A stretch of 64,000 nucleotides of DNA from Treponema sp. (GTDB lineage Bacteria; Spirochaetota; Spirochaetia; Treponematales; Breznakiellaceae), in the NCBI GenBank assembly GCA_003527485.1, contig DPXI01000088.1, forward strand, positions 209,638-273,637, read 5' to 3'. The position numbers and the translations under genes are program-made. Positions 19,588 to 29,038 of this stretch are shown here, piece by piece (position 1 is the first letter of the stretch; every line of letters starts with the position of its first letter). The notes beneath the pieces are model-generated. The model did no database searches. It worked only from the letters and a program-made list of their open reading frames with translations, and was not told the origin of the DNA.

Positions 19588-20709
19588 TTACGCCATCGCC
19601 GCGGTGTCGATTTCGGCGAGGATGGAAAGCTCGGTATCCTTGTCGAAGTAGCGCGCCTTCGCCATCTTCGGCGTGAAGTTCGCCATGTCGCCGATGCGGA
19701 AGGTGTGCTGGGGCTCGGTCCGCGCCACGAGGGGCTGGGTCTTGGTGCTGAGCCAGAGATGGATGTCGGCGCCGAGGGGCTCGACGACGGTCACCTTCAG
19801 GTTCATGTTGTTCTCGCCCGCGGGATTGTCCTGATAGTTGAGGTCTTCCGGACGGATGCCGAAGTAGATCTCCTTGCCGACGTACTTTTTCAGGTACTTC
19901 GCGTGCTCCTCGGACGGCTTCACCTCGAAAGAACCTTCGTCCAGCATGACCGCGCCGTTCTTCTCCAGCACCTTCACGGTGAGGAAGTTCATGGGCGGGG
20001 AGCCGATGAACCCGGCGACGAACTTGTTGATCGGATGGTTGTACAGGTACAGCGGGGAACCGATCTGCTGGACCTTTCCGTCCTTCATGACGACGATCTT
20101 GCTCGCCATGGTCATGGCCTCGACCTGGTCATGGGTGACGTAGATCATGGTCGCGTTCAGGCGGATATGGAGGTCGGAGAGTTCTGCGCGCATCTGGACG
20201 CGGAGTTTGGCGTCCAGGTTGGAAAGCGGTTCGTCGAAGAGGAAGACTTTCGGATTGCGGACGATCGCGCGGCCGACGGCGACGCGCTGGCGCTGGCCGC
20301 CGGAAAGGGCCTTCGGCTTGCGCTCAAGGAGCTTCTCGATGTCGAGGACACGGGCGGCCTCGTGCACGCGGCGGTCGATCTCGGCCTTGTCCACTTTCTT
20401 GATGCGGAGCCCGAACGCCATGTTGTCGTAGACGGACATGTGCGGGTACAGCGCGTAATTCTGGAACACCATCGCGATGTTCCGGTCCTTCGGCGGCACG
20501 TCGTTCATCAGTTCGCCGTCGATGTACAGTTCGCCTTCGGAAATGTCTTCCAGCCCGGCGACCATGCGCAGGGTCGTGGATTTTCCGCAACCGGAGGGAC
20601 CGACGAAAACGACGAATTCCTTGTCGTTGACCGTGATGTTGGCATTGTCTACGGCGCGGACGGATCCCTCGTAGACCTTGCTGATGCCCTTCAACTCTAC
20701 CTTAGCCAT
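19588..20709 (-). CDS. Sugar ABC transporter ATP-binding protein (MalK/UgpC/MsmX type)
   Basis: GPSGCGKSTTLRMVAGLE Walker A, LSGGQRQRVA signature and a C-terminal TOBE regulatory domain. Confidence 0.9.
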   Translation of the reverse strand: MAKVELKGISKVYEGSVRAVDNANITVNDKEFVVFVGPSGCGKSTTLRMVAGLEDISEGELYIDGELMNDVPPKDRNIAMVFQNYALYPHMSVYDNMAFGLRIKKVDKAEIDRRVHEAARVLDIEKLLERKPKALSGGQRQRVAVGRAIVRNPKVFLFDEPLSNLDAKLRVQMRAELSDLHIRLNATMIYVTHDQVEAMTMASKIVVMKDGKVQQIGSPLYLYNHPINKFVAGFIGSPPMNFLTVKVLEKNGAVMLDEGSFEVKPSEEHAKYLKKYVGKEIYFGIRPEDLNYQDNPAGENNMNLKVTVVEPLGADIHLWLSTKTQPLVARTEPQHTFRIGDMANFTPKMAKARYFDKDTELSILAEIDTAAMA

Positions 20710-20806
20710 GTAGCCTCCCTATAGGGGTTAGTTTATCGTCGTTCAGTTTAAGATCGGATTCCCGAATTGTCAACCGAGGCCGGCGAACGAAAAAACTACT
20801 CCCGGA

Positions 20807-21604
20807 TTACAGGCCGACCACCGCGGCGAGCCGCGCGATCGCGGGGTCGAAGAGCACGAAGACGATCATGGACACGAGGGAAGGAAGGAAGTCGGCGGTC
20901 TTGATCTTCTTCAGGCCCAGCAGGTTCAGGCTGATCATGATCACGAGGGCGCCGCCGATTCCCGTGAGCTCGGAGAGCATGAGGGCGGAGACGAAGGGCT
21001 TTAGGAAACCGGCGGCCAGCGTCAGCGCGCCTTGGTAAACCAGGATGGGCAAGGCGGAAAAGGCGACTCCGGGGCCCATGGCGGCGGTCATCAGGATGGC
21101 CATGAAGCCGTCCAGCACCGACTTGGTCAGGATGAGGGTAGAGTCCCCCTCCGTGCCTGCGCGGAAGGAACCGACCAGGGCCATGGCACCGACGCAAAAC
21201 AGTACGGAGGCGTTGAGGAAACCGTGCCCGAAGTTCCAGCCGCGATCGTCGCCGGAGGCCGCCGCGGAGGCCGCCGCCGCGGAGGCCGCCGCCGCGGCGG
21301 CCGCGGGAACGGCCTTGGCCGCGCGATGCCTTCCCATCGTCAGCCGCTCCAGAAAGACGCCGAAGCCGAGGATGGCGCCGTCTATGTTCATCAGGGTACC
21401 GGCCAGGCCGCCGAGGATGAGGGAGACTGCCAGGGCGATGATCCGGCCGCTCTGCAGGGCCATCGAGACGCCGATGATGAGGGTGGTGACGCCCGCGCCG
21501 TCGAACACGACCGAGCGGTAGTTCTCCTTGACCCGCCCGGAGACGAGGAGCCCGATCAGGGAGCCGAAGATGACCGCGAGACAGTTGATGATGGTTGCGA
21601 ACAT
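20807..21604 (-). CDS. DUF554 family membrane protein with an internal Ala-rich insertion
   Basis: MFATIINCLAVIFGSLIGLL… DUF554-like N-terminus, multiple TM helices, internal AAAAAASAAAASAAAS run. Confidence 0.65.
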   Translation of the reverse strand: MFATIINCLAVIFGSLIGLLVSGRVKENYRSVVFDGAGVTTLIIGVSMALQSGRIIALAVSLILGGLAGTLMNIDGAILGFGVFLERLTMGRHRAAKAVPAAAAAAASAAAASAAASGDDRGWNFGHGFLNASVLFCVGAMALVGSFRAGTEGDSTLILTKSVLDGFMAILMTAAMGPGVAFSALPILVYQGALTLAAGFLKPFVSALMLSELTGIGGALVIMISLNLLGLKKIKTADFLPSLVSMIVFVLFDPAIARLAAVVGL

Positions 21605-21615
21605 AGGGGAGGAGC

Positions 21616-22155
21616 CTATCGGCGCGCGACGGCGCTGTCAACGCGCGGACCGGAAGAATGATCGAGAACCTTCTCATAACAATGGAAGAGTTCCCGCCGG
21701 CCCTTGAAGTTGATGTCTCCCGCGCGCCTGAAGCCGAGTTTTTCGAACAGGCCGTTCATGCGCGGATTTTTGGAATAGGTATCCGAGCGCAGGTAGCCGG
21801 TGCCGTTCCCGGCGGCCGTTTCCTCCGCGAAACGCATGAGGATGGAGGCGATGCCCCGCCCGCGGAGATCGGGATCCACGGCCAGCCGGTGGACGACCGT
21901 CGCGCTCCTCGATCGGGACCACGGCACGGGGCCGTATTCAGGTGGTTCTTCCCGGTTCACGCAGACGAAACCGCATACGGCGCCGGCCTCCTCGTCGACG
22001 AACAGCTCTTCCTTCGAAATATCCGTACGGAAGTCCTCCGCGCGCGGATACTCGTCGTTCCACTGGTCGTTGCCCTCCGCGGCCATGATCCGGACGGTTT
22101 CCGCCACGATTCGCATGATCGCAGGCAGGTCGGCCTCACTCGCTTTTCTCACCAT
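21616..22155 (-). CDS. GNAT family N-acetyltransferase
   Basis: …RLAVDPDLRGRGIASILM… acetyl-CoA-binding motif. Confidence 0.8.
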   Translation of the reverse strand: MVRKASEADLPAIMRIVAETVRIMAAEGNDQWNDEYPRAEDFRTDISKEELFVDEEAGAVCGFVCVNREEPPEYGPVPWSRSRSATVVHRLAVDPDLRGRGIASILMRFAEETAAGNGTGYLRSDTYSKNPRMNGLFEKLGFRRAGDINFKGRRELFHCYEKVLDHSSGPRVDSAVARR

Positions 22156-22615
22156 TCGCGCCCTCCTTGCGTTTCTTCAAGCCGAACCACAGTTCGTCCA
22201 GGTTCTCCCGCAGCCGCGCCGCGTACCGCCCGACCGCGTCGATTTCCTCCGGCGAGAATCCGCGGAGGCAGGAGTCGATCAGTCCGTTCTCTTCCTTGAT
22301 GAGCGCGTCGTAGACGACGAGGCCCTTCTCCGTCGGTGAAAGCCGTTGGGACCGGCCGTCCAGCTCGTCACGTTCCGTATCCAGGTAACCGAGCGAGACG
22401 AGCTTCTGGACGGCCTTCGTGGTCGTCGTCTTGTCGACCCGCGCGAGGTCCGAGAGCCGGGCCAGGTTGGTCCCCGGGTTCTCGCAGACGCGGGTCAGGA
22501 AAACGAATTGGCCTTTCTGGAGACGGTACGCCTTGAAAGCGACATCCGAGCGGGCGACGATCGTCCGGGCTATCGATCCTATTTCGCGCAGGATGGGCAG
22601 GGAAAGTTCGCGCAC
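22136..22615 (-). CDS. MarR family transcriptional regulator
   Basis: 159 aa. Winged-HTH core …LTRVCENPGTNLARLSDLARVDKTTTTKAVQKLVSLGYL…. Confidence 0.85.
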   Translation of the reverse strand: MRELSLPILREIGSIARTIVARSDVAFKAYRLQKGQFVFLTRVCENPGTNLARLSDLARVDKTTTTKAVQKLVSLGYLDTERDELDGRSQRLSPTEKGLVVYDALIKEENGLIDSCLRGFSPEEIDAVGRYAARLRENLDELWFGLKKRKEGANGEKSE

Positions 22616-22623
22616 TCGAAGGA

Positions 22624-22654
22624 CTCCTTATGGTTGAATGTTCAACCATAAGGA
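22624..22654. promoter_or_regulatory. Perfect inverted repeat TCCTTATGGTTGA-ATGT-TCAACCATAAGGA immediately upstream of the MarR gene. Probable MarR operator.
   Basis: Seen directly. 13-bp perfect arms. A second palindrome GTTGAAATTGCAAC follows at about 22670-22684. Confidence 0.6.
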
Positions 22655-22701
22655 GGATAAGCAATATTAGTTGAAATTGCAACTATAAAGCGCAGGAATC
22701 T

Positions 22702-23202
22702 TCAGATCGAAGCCGGATCGTCCTCCGCTGCCGTGACCTTCCATTCCTGCTCGTCGGCGTTGAAATCGGCGATCTTCTCCAGCGGCAGTTTCATGTAACG
22801 GCCGGTCGCTTCCACCGCGACGCTGCCGTCGGCCAGGAGTATCTCTCCGGAACCCTCAAAGACGCGCCCGCCGTCCTTGGTGATCCGGCCTGTGGCGACG
22901 ATGACTCCGTCCAGGGGGACGGGCTTCCGGTACTTCACGTTCAGCTCGACGGTGACGCCCCAGACGCCGTCGGGATGGAGGGCGTTGATCGCGCGGCCCA
23001 TCGTCTCGTCCAGTACGGATGCCGCGATTCCGCCGTGCAGCCGCCCCGGATAGCTCTGGTGGTGCTCGCAGGGGACGAAACGGGCGCGGAGCTCGTTCGA
23101 TTCGGTCTGGAAGAAGGATGCCTTCACGCCCTTTTCGTTCTTCAAGCCGCAGACGAAACAGTATTTGGAGTTCTCCTGTTTCTTGACGATGCGCTCTGCC
23201 AT
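22702..23202 (-). CDS. PaaI/hot-dog fold acyl-CoA thioesterase
   Basis: 166 aa from MAERIVKK, with AAGGAG RBS. …GRLHGGIAASVLDETMG… motif. The listed 324-aa ORF is an upstream overextension. Confidence 0.75.
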   Translation of the reverse strand: MAERIVKKQENSKYCFVCGLKNEKGVKASFFQTESNELRARFVPCEHHQSYPGRLHGGIAASVLDETMGRAINALHPDGVWGVTVELNVKYRKPVPLDGVIVATGRITKDGGRVFEGSGEILLADGSVAVEATGRYMKLPLEKIADFNADEQEWKVTAAEDDPASI

Positions 23203-23228
23203 TTTTCGATGCTCCTTTATTGGGTGGT

Positions 23229-24443
23229 TCAGATCTGGTTGGAACGACCGGGGGCTTCCAGAGCCTTCATCGTCGCCGTGAACAAGGCGAGGCTCGCCAA
23301 CGCGAAGACGATGAACGACGCGAAGAGGACGCGGTATCCGGCGGCCTCGACGATGAAGCCGCCCGCTGTGCTGCCAAGGAAGGTGGGCAGGCCGTTGCCG
23401 AGGGAAAGGTACATCGCCATGCCGACGCCGCGCCGTTCCTTCGGGACCTTGGTTGCGACGAAGGCGACGGCGGCCGGATGGAAAAGGCCGAAGCAGAGCG
23501 AATGGAGGAGCTGCCCCGCGACCGCGCCCGCGAAGGTGGGAAACAGCGCGTAGACGGCAAGCCGTGCGGCGACGGCCACGACCGAAGCGGCAAGGAGGCG
23601 GGGCGGGCCGAAACGACGGATGAGCCAGGTGGAGAAGTACATGAAAGGTATTTCCGAACCTGCGGAAAGGGCCCACATGAGGGCGACCGCGTCGACCTTG
23701 AGTTCCTCCACGACGTACAGGGAAAAAAAGGAGGAGATCGGCGCCATCGCCAGGCGGCCCAGGGCGATCGCGGCGAGGCCGACGAGGAAGGCCGGGTCCC
23801 AGGGAGCGCGGCGCTCGCCCCGGGAAGCGGGGCCGTGTTCGGCGCCGTGCTCGGCACGCCGCGCCTTCAATTCGGCGGGATCGCGGTCGGGCAGCACGGA
23901 CAGTGAAGCAAGCGTCCCGAGAATGGCGACGGCTATCCAGAACGCTATGCGCGCGGGGGAATGGGGAGGAAGGATGGAGGAATACTGGAGGAAGAGGGCC
24001 ATCAGCACGAAACTCACCGACCCGGCCGCGCGCGGACGTCCGTAATCCCCGCCTGGGCCGAGCGTTAGGGTCGCCGTCGCATCAAGGAGGGGGAGAATGG
24101 AGCGGAGGCCGATCGCGAAGACTACAAGCGCGAGCGCGGTCAGCGCCGGGTGGCGGAACAGTGCGAGCGGGCCGAGGGAAACGAGGGCGAGCGCGAGGGC
24201 GAGCGCGAGGCTGGGTCGGTAACGGCCCAACCTGTCGGAAAGGCGGCCCAGGAGGAAGGGACCCGCGATGCCGGCTACTTCGAAGATACCGAGGAGGATG
24301 CCCACGAGAGCCGGCTCATAACCGAGGCTGCGCACCAGTACGGGCAAGAAGGGCGAAGCTACGCCGAAGATGGTGAAGGCGGCGAAGAAGGGGAGCGCAA
24401 GGGGCATGGAGCCCATTCTAGCGACAGCCACGGCCGTGGACAA
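23229..24443 (-). CDS. MFS transporter
   Basis: 404 aa, 12 predicted TM helices, …GRLSDRLGRYRP… MFS loop motif. Confidence 0.8.
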   Translation of the reverse strand: MSTAVAVARMGSMPLALPFFAAFTIFGVASPFLPVLVRSLGYEPALVGILLGIFEVAGIAGPFLLGRLSDRLGRYRPSLALALALALVSLGPLALFRHPALTALALVVFAIGLRSILPLLDATATLTLGPGGDYGRPRAAGSVSFVLMALFLQYSSILPPHSPARIAFWIAVAILGTLASLSVLPDRDPAELKARRAEHGAEHGPASRGERRAPWDPAFLVGLAAIALGRLAMAPISSFFSLYVVEELKVDAVALMWALSAGSEIPFMYFSTWLIRRFGPPRLLAASVVAVAARLAVYALFPTFAGAVAGQLLHSLCFGLFHPAAVAFVATKVPKERRGVGMAMYLSLGNGLPTFLGSTAGGFIVEAAGYRVLFASFIVFALASLALFTATMKALEAPGRSNQI

Positions 24444-24508
24444 GCGGAGGCCGGTGCGGCGCTGGCGCGGCGCTGGCGCGGCGGGAGCCTATCGTGTAGG
24501 TTTGAATC

Positions 24509-25747
24509 ATGGATATTTTGATCGAAGGTGCCCGGCTAGCGTTCGACGAGGGCATAGAGCCGGGGAGCGTACGCGTACGCGACGGGCGCATCGCCGAACT
24601 GGCCAGAGGCTCGGAACCGCTCCCACTGTCGGGAGACGCCGGGCCGGCGATGGTCGGGGGGACGACGGGCGGCGTGCCGGCGACCATCGTGGACGCGCGC
24701 GGCTTTGTCCTGGCGAGCGGCTTCATCGATCTTCACTGCCACGGAGGCGCGGGGGCGGACGTCAACGACGCGACGGACGAGGCGTACGCGCGCCTGGCGG
24801 AGTACCACAGGAGCAGGGGCGTCACCGCTTTCGCGCCGAGTCTTTCCGTGGATCCTTTGCCGGTGCTGGAAAGGGCCTTTGATGTGGTGCGGCGGGCAAA
24901 ACGGGAGAACGCGCCGGGAAAGACGGAAAACCTCGGCGCCCATTTCGAGAGTCCCTACATCAACCCGCGCTTCAAGGGCTGCCAGGCTGCCGAGCGGCTC
25001 CTTCCCTTCGACGCGGAAGCGCTGGCTTTGATCAAGAGGAACGCGGACGCGATCGCGCGCATCACCGTGGCTCCGGAGCTTGAAGGCGTCATGGAGGCCA
25101 TTCCCCTGCTGAGAGAACTGGGCCTCGTGGTTTCGGGCGGACATTCGGACGCCGACGCCGCCGCCTTCCGCGCGGCCGCCGACCGCGGCATGACGATGGC
25201 GACCCATCTGTACAACGCGATGTCGTCCGTCCGGAAAGAAGGCCCCTTCCGGGTTCCCGGTGTCCTGGAAGCGGCCCTCGTCGACGACCGCATCTACGCG
25301 GAGCTGATCGCGGACGGCAAGCACGTCCCCGCCGAACTCGTCCGGATCGCTCTAAGGTGCAAGGGCGAGGACCGATTCCTCATCTGCTCCGACGCGAGCC
25401 GGGCCGCAGGCATGACGGGAGAAGGTCCCATCTATGTCTGCGGACAGGAAGTCGTAGTGGTGGACGGAGCGGCGATGCTGAAGGACCGTTCGAGCCTGGC
25501 TTCATCGGCGACGGCCCTGGACGGCATGGTCCGCTGGCTCGTCCGCCGAGCCGGCTTCACCCTGCACCAGGCCCTCCGCGCGGCCTCCGCCGTCCCCGCC
25601 GCCGCGATCGGCGTCGCCGGCAGGAAGGGGCGCCTTGCCGTCGGATACGACGCCGATCTCGTGCTACTGGACGAGGACCTGCAGGTCCGCGCAGTCTGGT
25701 GCAAGGGCGTCGGGGGCTTCCTGGGCGAGGCCGCGGCTAGAACCTGA
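24509..25747 (+). CDS. nagA: N-acetylglucosamine-6-phosphate deacetylase
   Basis: 412 aa. …GFIDLHCHGGAGADV… amidohydrolase metal site, NagA-like. Confidence 0.85.
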   Translation: MDILIEGARLAFDEGIEPGSVRVRDGRIAELARGSEPLPLSGDAGPAMVGGTTGGVPATIVDARGFVLASGFIDLHCHGGAGADVNDATDEAYARLAEYHRSRGVTAFAPSLSVDPLPVLERAFDVVRRAKRENAPGKTENLGAHFESPYINPRFKGCQAAERLLPFDAEALALIKRNADAIARITVAPELEGVMEAIPLLRELGLVVSGGHSDADAAAFRAAADRGMTMATHLYNAMSSVRKEGPFRVPGVLEAALVDDRIYAELIADGKHVPAELVRIALRCKGEDRFLICSDASRAAGMTGEGPIYVCGQEVVVVDGAAMLKDRSSLASSATALDGMVRWLVRRAGFTLHQALRAASAVPAAAIGVAGRKGRLAVGYDADLVLLDEDLQVRAVWCKGVGGFLGEAAART

Positions 25748-26873
25748 GTTTCGCCTTGGCCGAGAGCGAGAAACTCCGGCCCGCGGCAACGGGGCCGAAC
25801 TCACCCCTATTGCCCGAGGAGGAGAAGGTCCGTTCGTCCAGGGGAAGACGCCCCGAGATGCTGAGCGCCATGCCCTGGAAGGGTTCGTGCGACAGGGTAA
25901 GCGAAGGGACGGCGGAAAAGTCGTCCAGGCTCGCGCCGCAATCCAGCGCCGCCGAGCTGTAATCGTCGATGCGCCAGTTCGCTGCCGCGTAGACGTAATT
26001 CCTCGGCCCGTAGCCCTCGCGCGGATCGAGCGCGCCTCCGCCCGAATACAGGTACTGGGCCAGCAGGTACAGGTCTCCGTCCAGCAATGAATAATCGGCG
26101 CCCAGCGCCGCCATGAGCCCCCTCGCCGCGTTCCAGTCCAGCCCGTGGTAGTCGCCCGAACGAACCGTCACTCCGTCCAGCTTATACAGCGCATCCAGGG
26201 CAAGGCCGACGACCGCGTCCGCCTTTATCGAGAGTCCCCCGCGGTGCACCGCATCCGCCGCGCCTGAATCGTCGGCCTGGATGGCGTACAGGACCTGCAG
26301 GCTTCCCGATCTTCCGTGGTACTCGGCCGAGGCTCCCGCGACAGCGCCCTCCCCGTCCGCGGCCATCGGATCGTTGCCGGCGGCCGCGAAGGCTGTCGCC
26401 TGCCACTCGTCCGACGGGTACGCGGTCGCGGCCGCGCCGAGGATACCCCGCGGCCGGGCGTCCGGAACCAGGGGATTCCGCGCCGCCATGAAGTCCGAGG
26501 GGCTCCAGGCCTGGCCGAAACCGAACGCCAGGCGGAACAGGCCAGCCTCCGCGTCGAAGGCGTCCTCTTCGATCCGATAGTACAGCCGCTCCAGTTCGAT
26601 CACCGGATCGCTATCGGTGGAGGCGAAAAGGTTAGCAGCGGCATGGAAGGTGCCCTTCACGCCCGCGCGGGCTTCCAACCGCAGATTCGCGTATTGTTCG
26701 AAGCTGAGTGAATTGCCCCCGTCGCCGCCGTCCTCGTCCGCCAGCCGCGCCGCGCGCAGGTTCGATTCGACCGTGCCCGAGAGTTCCTGATCCTCCGCTG
26801 CCGCCGGAAGGGACAGGACAAGGAAGGCGGCGAAGAAAAAGACTTGCGCGCCAGCCGGGAACCGTCCCTTCAT
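25737..26873 (-). CDS. Outer-membrane-like protein with signal peptide and C-terminal Phe. Last gene of the ABC/LolA-like operon.
   Basis: Starts MKGRFPAGAQVFFFAAFLVLSLPAAAED at 26873, overlapping (ATGA) the upstream LolA-like stop. Ends …AKAKLRF. The listed 829-aa ORF is a frame read-through artefact. Confidence 0.6.
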   Translation of the reverse strand: MKGRFPAGAQVFFFAAFLVLSLPAAAEDQELSGTVESNLRAARLADEDGGDGGNSLSFEQYANLRLEARAGVKGTFHAAANLFASTDSDPVIELERLYYRIEEDAFDAEAGLFRLAFGFGQAWSPSDFMAARNPLVPDARPRGILGAAATAYPSDEWQATAFAAAGNDPMAADGEGAVAGASAEYHGRSGSLQVLYAIQADDSGAADAVHRGGLSIKADAVVGLALDALYKLDGVTVRSGDYHGLDWNAARGLMAALGADYSLLDGDLYLLAQYLYSGGGALDPREGYGPRNYVYAAANWRIDDYSSAALDCGASLDDFSAVPSLTLSHEPFQGMALSISGRLPLDERTFSSSGNRGEFGPVAAGRSFSLSAKAKLRF

Positions 26874-27694
26874 TTTTTCAGGTTCCTTTGGCTGAACACC
26901 GAATCCGGCACGGAAGCGTCCAGGACCACGTCCGTCATATGGAAGGTCGTACGGCTCCCCTTGCGCAACAGGTCGCGCATCTGCATCTCCACCGGGAAAC
27001 GGCGCGAGCCGATCGTTTCGGCTTTCAGGAGGACGTATTCCTTGAGTTTGGCCCCGGAGAGCGCGTACTGCTCCGAGCGCAGCAGGTCGCCCGTCTGCGC
27101 ATCGATCCAGAGCGTCTGTTTCGGGTAGCTCTCCGTTTTCTTCTTCGCGGCGAGTTCGAGTATCCAGGCCGCCTTCCCGTCCAGTTCCGTTCTGCCGGCG
27201 AGCGTCGGCGTATAGCGGGCGGAAAGCTTCTCGTTCTCGATGGTGTCCTCGTATGAAAGGTCCGAGCCCATCATCGACTCCTTCAATAAATGGCCGGAGA
27301 TCAACATGACCTCTTCGGTGTCCGGCGAATACACGTACAGTCGGCCGTCCTTCTTGAGGTACTTCGTGCCCCTGTCCTCGCTGTTCGTGAACTCGATGAA
27401 ACTGTCCGCTCCCCCGCGGGCCGCGGCCTCGAACTTCTTCACGTAGCGCTTGCCCTGGTACTCGATGACCATTTCCCCGGAGTAGGTGATGGACGAGTAG
27501 CCCTCGTTCGCGTCGATGCGCGCCAGAAGCTCGGCTGCCGTCGGATCTGCGGCAAAGGCGGGGGTGGCGGCGAGCAGGATCGCGCCGAGGATGGCCGTCC
27601 GGGAGACCGTCCGGGAGGCAGACCGTGCGGGCGACCGTGCGGCCGCGGCCGTGGCTGATCGCGCGGCCGTAGCCGATATCAACTTTCGGTTCAT
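26870..27694 (-). CDS. LolA-like / outer-membrane lipoprotein-sorting (DUF4367-type) periplasmic protein
   Basis: Signal peptide …AILGAILLAATPAFAADP. Domain architecture typical of LolA-fold partners of FtsX-type ABC exporters. Confidence 0.6.
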   Translation of the reverse strand: MNRKLISATAARSATAAAARSPARSASRTVSRTAILGAILLAATPAFAADPTAAELLARIDANEGYSSITYSGEMVIEYQGKRYVKKFEAAARGGADSFIEFTNSEDRGTKYLKKDGRLYVYSPDTEEVMLISGHLLKESMMGSDLSYEDTIENEKLSARYTPTLAGRTELDGKAAWILELAAKKKTESYPKQTLWIDAQTGDLLRSEQYALSGAKLKEYVLLKAETIGSRRFPVEMQMRDLLRKGSRTTFHMTDVVLDASVPDSVFSQRNLKK

Positions 27695-27754
27695 AAAAAC
27701 TCCTATCAGGGTCCGACTCCAGAGGCAGACCGCAGAGGCCGACCCAAAAACCGG

Positions 27755-29029
27755 TCAGCGCCTCAGGGCCTCGACGGGCTCGATGAAAGCGCTTTTGAGC
27801 GAAGGCAACAGGGTGCAGCAGGCCGAGACCGCGACGCCGAAGAAGAAGCCGCTGGCGATCACGACCGGGGAGAATACGAGGAAGAGGGTTCCCGAAATGG
27901 GCATCTCCTTCATGCCGCCCCCGGTGAAGAGTTCCATGTCTATCGGGAAGCGGGAGCCTATCGCGGTGGCGACGCCGGCGACAAGGCAACCCGCGGCCGC
28001 GCCCAGGACGCTCAGGAAGACGGACTCGAAGAAGAACACGAGCACGATCTCGCGCCGCGTCATGCCGAGCGCGCCCATCATGCCGATCTCCTTGATCCGC
28101 TCGTGGATCACCATGAGCACGGTGTTGATGATGAGGAAGCTCGCGACGATCTGGAACACGCCGAACACGATCACGTAGACGAAGGAACTCTGCCGCATCA
28201 CGGCGACCCAATAGTTCTCCGTCCACTCGCGCACCACGTGGCCCTCTCCGACGACCCCGGACACGGCGGCCTTGATCCGGCCCGATTCCTCCGCGTCATC
28301 CGCGTACACGAAGAGCTGCTGGGTCGAATCGCCGAGCACGAGAAGGCGTTGCAGCCGGTCGATGGGCACGATCACTACGCCGTCGTCGTACTTCGCGTAA
28401 TCGAACTCGAAGATGCCCACCACGGTCGGATTCCAGTACTTGTCCGAAAACTGAGCCGAAACGGTCTTGAACGGCAGCTTGTCCCCGATCCTCAGTCCCG
28501 TCTTGACGGCTGTCTCGGTTCCGATCGCGCATTCGTTCGCCCCGAGGGAAGGAAAGCGGCCTTCGACGAGGCCATCGTCGCGGTCGGTGAGATTCAGGTG
28601 GTTGGCCGCCGCCTCCCGCTCCGGATCCACGCCCCAGAGCAGCGCGTGCTTTTTGTTGCTGTCGAAGAGGGTCGCGTAGGCCGTGATGCGCGGCAGGACC
28701 ACCTTCACGCCGGGAATGGCCTCGATCGCGGCGACGAGGTCAGCCGCGCTCCGGCCGTCGGCGATGGGATACTGGACGGGGAAGTATTCCTTTTCCGCTT
28801 CGAAGCGGGAAGATACGACGTTCACGTGCCCCGTCTCGAAGGTGCGCACGGCCACTTCGATACCGTCCATCATCCCGTCGATCCAGGACTGCATGAAGAT
28901 ATTGAAGAAGACGGCGATCGCGACGGCTACGATGCAGAGTGCGGTGCGCCGCCCGTTCCGCCAGATGTTCCGGTACGCGATCGTCGCGAGGGCTCCGATT
29001 CCTCCGGTCTTGACCTTTCCGGTATTCAT
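27755..29029 (-). CDS. ABC transporter permease, FtsX/MacB family
   Basis: 424 aa. N-terminal TM, large periplasmic domain and C-terminal 3-TM FtsX fold. Confidence 0.8.
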   Translation of the reverse strand: MNTGKVKTGGIGALATIAYRNIWRNGRRTALCIVAVAIAVFFNIFMQSWIDGMMDGIEVAVRTFETGHVNVVSSRFEAEKEYFPVQYPIADGRSAADLVAAIEAIPGVKVVLPRITAYATLFDSNKKHALLWGVDPEREAAANHLNLTDRDDGLVEGRFPSLGANECAIGTETAVKTGLRIGDKLPFKTVSAQFSDKYWNPTVVGIFEFDYAKYDDGVVIVPIDRLQRLLVLGDSTQQLFVYADDAEESGRIKAAVSGVVGEGHVVREWTENYWVAVMRQSSFVYVIVFGVFQIVASFLIINTVLMVIHERIKEIGMMGALGMTRREIVLVFFFESVFLSVLGAAAGCLVAGVATAIGSRFPIDMELFTGGGMKEMPISGTLFLVFSPVVIASGFFFGVAVSACCTLLPSLKSAFIEPVEALRR

Positions 29030-29038
29030 GGTCCCCCC

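Noticed and set aside
19705-20724. 339-aa plus-strand ORF
   Set aside because: It is antisense to the MalK-like ABC ATPase.
22702-23676. 324-aa form of the thioesterase ORF
   Set aside because: The N-terminal 158 residues are Arg/Pro-rich with no homology. The hot-dog domain starts at MAERIVKK, preceded by an AAGGAG RBS.
25737-28226. 829-aa ORF on the minus strand
   Set aside because: The frame reads through across the LolA-like and permease genes. The real OMP gene starts at 26873, with ATGA coupling to the LolA-like stop.
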